Shown here in pieces: positions 61,943 to 64,000 of a stretch of DNA of 64,000 nucleotides. The stretch comes from Okamejei kenojei. Its lineage: Eukaryota. The translations under genes were made by a program, and so were the position numbers. How positions within the stretch are numbered: the first letter of the stretch is position 1; each line of letters starts with the position of its first letter. The notes under the pieces were generated by a model. That model had not been told where the DNA came from, ran no database searches, and worked only from the letters and a program-made list of their open reading frames with translations. The stretch is from NCBI GenBank assembly GCA_035221665.1, contig CM069148.1:49910001-49974000 (forward strand), given 5' to 3'.

Positions 61943-62875
61943 AGTGGTGCACTTGAAACGCTATATGGACGTCACGAAGAGGCTCAGAGGCTCCGAGGTA
62001 GCACTATTTATCAGCCGCAAAAAGCCACATAACCCAGTGTCATCTCAGCCCATTTCACGATGGCTGAAGCAAGTCCTGGGGTGTGCAGGAGTTATACTCA
62101 AAACTTTAAATCTCACTCCACCAGGGCAGCATCAATGTCAGCGGCGAGGGAAATGGACGTCCCTCTAGACCACATACTCGCGGCCGCAGGATGGTCAAAT
62201 GAATCGACTTTTCAAGAGATTCTACAACAAGCGCTTGTTGAATCCGGGGTGTTCGCCCACTCTGTGTTAACCTTAGGTTTATATTATTTTTGGCGGTGCT
62301 GGTTCGAAGGGCCGAATGGCCTCCTCCTGCACCTATTTCTATGTTTCTATTTTCTATGTTTCTCCCTGGGAGAGAGGAGTCGCTATTGTACATATTTTGT
62401 TATATGTGAATTAAAGCATTAACATGTTAATCAGTATCATGAATCAATGTTGTTACTAATTCACTCCTCTCGAGTCAACTGCTTGCAGTGTGAAACGCCT
62501 GGATTTGGATCGGCGTGAAATCACAGACCTTTAAAGTCTTCACGGATTCACTCACGTGACTACGAAGTAAAATAGTAAGATTAAACGAGAACTTGCCAGT
62601 TTGAAGTTTGATCTTTATTTTATGAGGAGTTACGATGAGCGATTACGTGCCCACCGCTCCCAACCCTCATATCACGAAGCTTATCTGGTAGTTATCTTTA
62701 GAGTTATAATCTTACTATAATACTTCAATTGTTGTTCTGTGATTTCACACCGCTGCTTTGAAGATTGACACGCATGCGGACTGGTGGGGTTCTTCACGTA
62801 ATCGCTCATCGTAACGCCTCATAAAATAAAGATCAAACTCCAAACTGGTAAGTTCTCATTTAATCTTACTATTTT
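61943..62875 (+). mobile_element. Second DIRS1-like 3' fragment (YR C-terminus plus ICR/ITR fold-back)
   Basis: LFISRKKPH...ISRWLK and HSTRAASMSAA...LAAAGWS. 81-bp inverted repeat at 62569-62649 / 62795-62875. Confidence 0.85.
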
Positions 62876-62931
62876 GTTGGATATGGATTATTGTACATGC
62901 TCGTAAAATTAGTCAAACAAATGTTCATTAA

Positions 62932-63917
62932 GTACATCAATGATCTGGATGATGGGGTGGGAAATTGGATAAGTAAGTATGCAGATGATACTAAGATAGG
63001 TGGCCTTGTGGATAATTAAGTAGATTTTCAAAGTCTACAGAGAGATTTGGGCCATTTGGAAAAGTGGGCTGAAAGATGGCAGGTGGAGTTTAATGCTGAT
63101 AAGTGTGAAGTGCTACATCTTGGCAGGACAAATCAAAATAGGATGTACATGGTAAATGGTAGGGAATTGAGGAATGCTGTGGAACAGAGAGATCTAGGAA
63201 TAACTGTGCATAGTTCCCTGAAGGTGGAATCGCATGTAGATAGGGTGGTAAAGAAAGCCTTTGGTGTGCTGGCCTTTATAAATCAGAGCACTGAATATAG
63301 GAGTAGGGAAGTAATGTTAAAATTGTACAAGGCATTGGTAAGACCAATTCTGGAGTATGGTGTACAATTTTGGTCGCCTAGTTATAGGAAGGATGTCAAC
63401 AAAATAGAGAGAGTACAGAGGAGATTTACTAGAATGTTGCCAGGGTTTCAGCAACTATGTTACAGAGAAAGGTTGAACAAGTTAGGTCTTTATTCTTTGG
63501 AGCGCAGAAGGTTAAGGGGGGACTTGATTGAGGTCTTTAAAATGATGAAAGGGATAGACAAGAGTTGACGGGGATAAGCTTTTCGCATTGAGGGTAGGGA
63601 AGATTCAAACAAGAGGGCATGACATGAGAATTAAGGGACAGAAGTTTAAGGGTAACGTGAGGGAGAACTTCTTTACTCAGAGGGTGGTGGCTGTGTGGAA
63701 TGAGCTTCCAGCAGAAGTGGTGGAGGCAGGATCGATTTTAACACTTAAAAGTAAAGTGGAGAGGTATTTGGACGGGAAGGGAATGGAGGGGTATGGTCTG
63801 AGTGCAGGGAGATGGGACTAGGGGAAAACAAATGGTCGGCACGGACTGGAAGGGCAGAGAGGGCCTGTTTCCATGCTGTAATTGTTATATGGTTATATGG
63901 TTATATGGTTATATGGT
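62932..63917 (+). mobile_element. 5'-truncated CR1-A
   Basis: Matches 990-1972, with a (atatggtt)n tail. A CR1-D fragment follows and runs off the window end. Confidence 0.95.
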
Positions 63918-64000
63918 GGTACTGTCATATGCTGAGAGAATGGAGCAGCTGGGCTTGTACACTCTGGAGTTTAGAAGGATGAGAGGCAATCTCATTGAAA

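Overview
Repeat-dense vertebrate genomic DNA, most likely from a cartilaginous fish (inferred from V-SINE/HE1-type SINEs sharing 3' ends with CR1/HER1-type LINEs). It is not prokaryotic. One host gene is visible, on the minus strand: an NCR3LG1 (B7-H6)-like Ig-superfamily membrane protein. Its five exons all join in phase 1 at GT-AG sites: signal peptide 38106-37971, IgV 18648-18313, IgC1 15021-14701, transmembrane 6430-6317, and a second C1-like Ig exon 4639-4199. That last exon lies after the TM segment and has lost both canonical cysteines, so it is apparently a cytoplasmic Ig domain. The gene has no stop codon in view and probably continues off the left edge. An ISRE/IRF motif sits 17 bp upstream of its ATG. 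The rest is nested mobile DNA: several CR1 families, Rex1/Babar, L1 (one copy with a twin-priming 5' inversion), a near full-length Tx1/Keno-like LINE whose 5' end inside the target-site duplication is a U1+U2 snRNA chimera, Penelope-like elements with dispersed hammerhead-ribozyme-like motifs, DIRS-like tyrosine-recombinase elements, two 5-bp-TSD DNA transposons, a Harbinger MITE, a Helitron-like element and V-SINEs. The segment of about 22.4-32.7 kb has two N gaps and looks like low-quality, partly duplicated assembly. All family names come from motif recognition by eye; no database searches were run.
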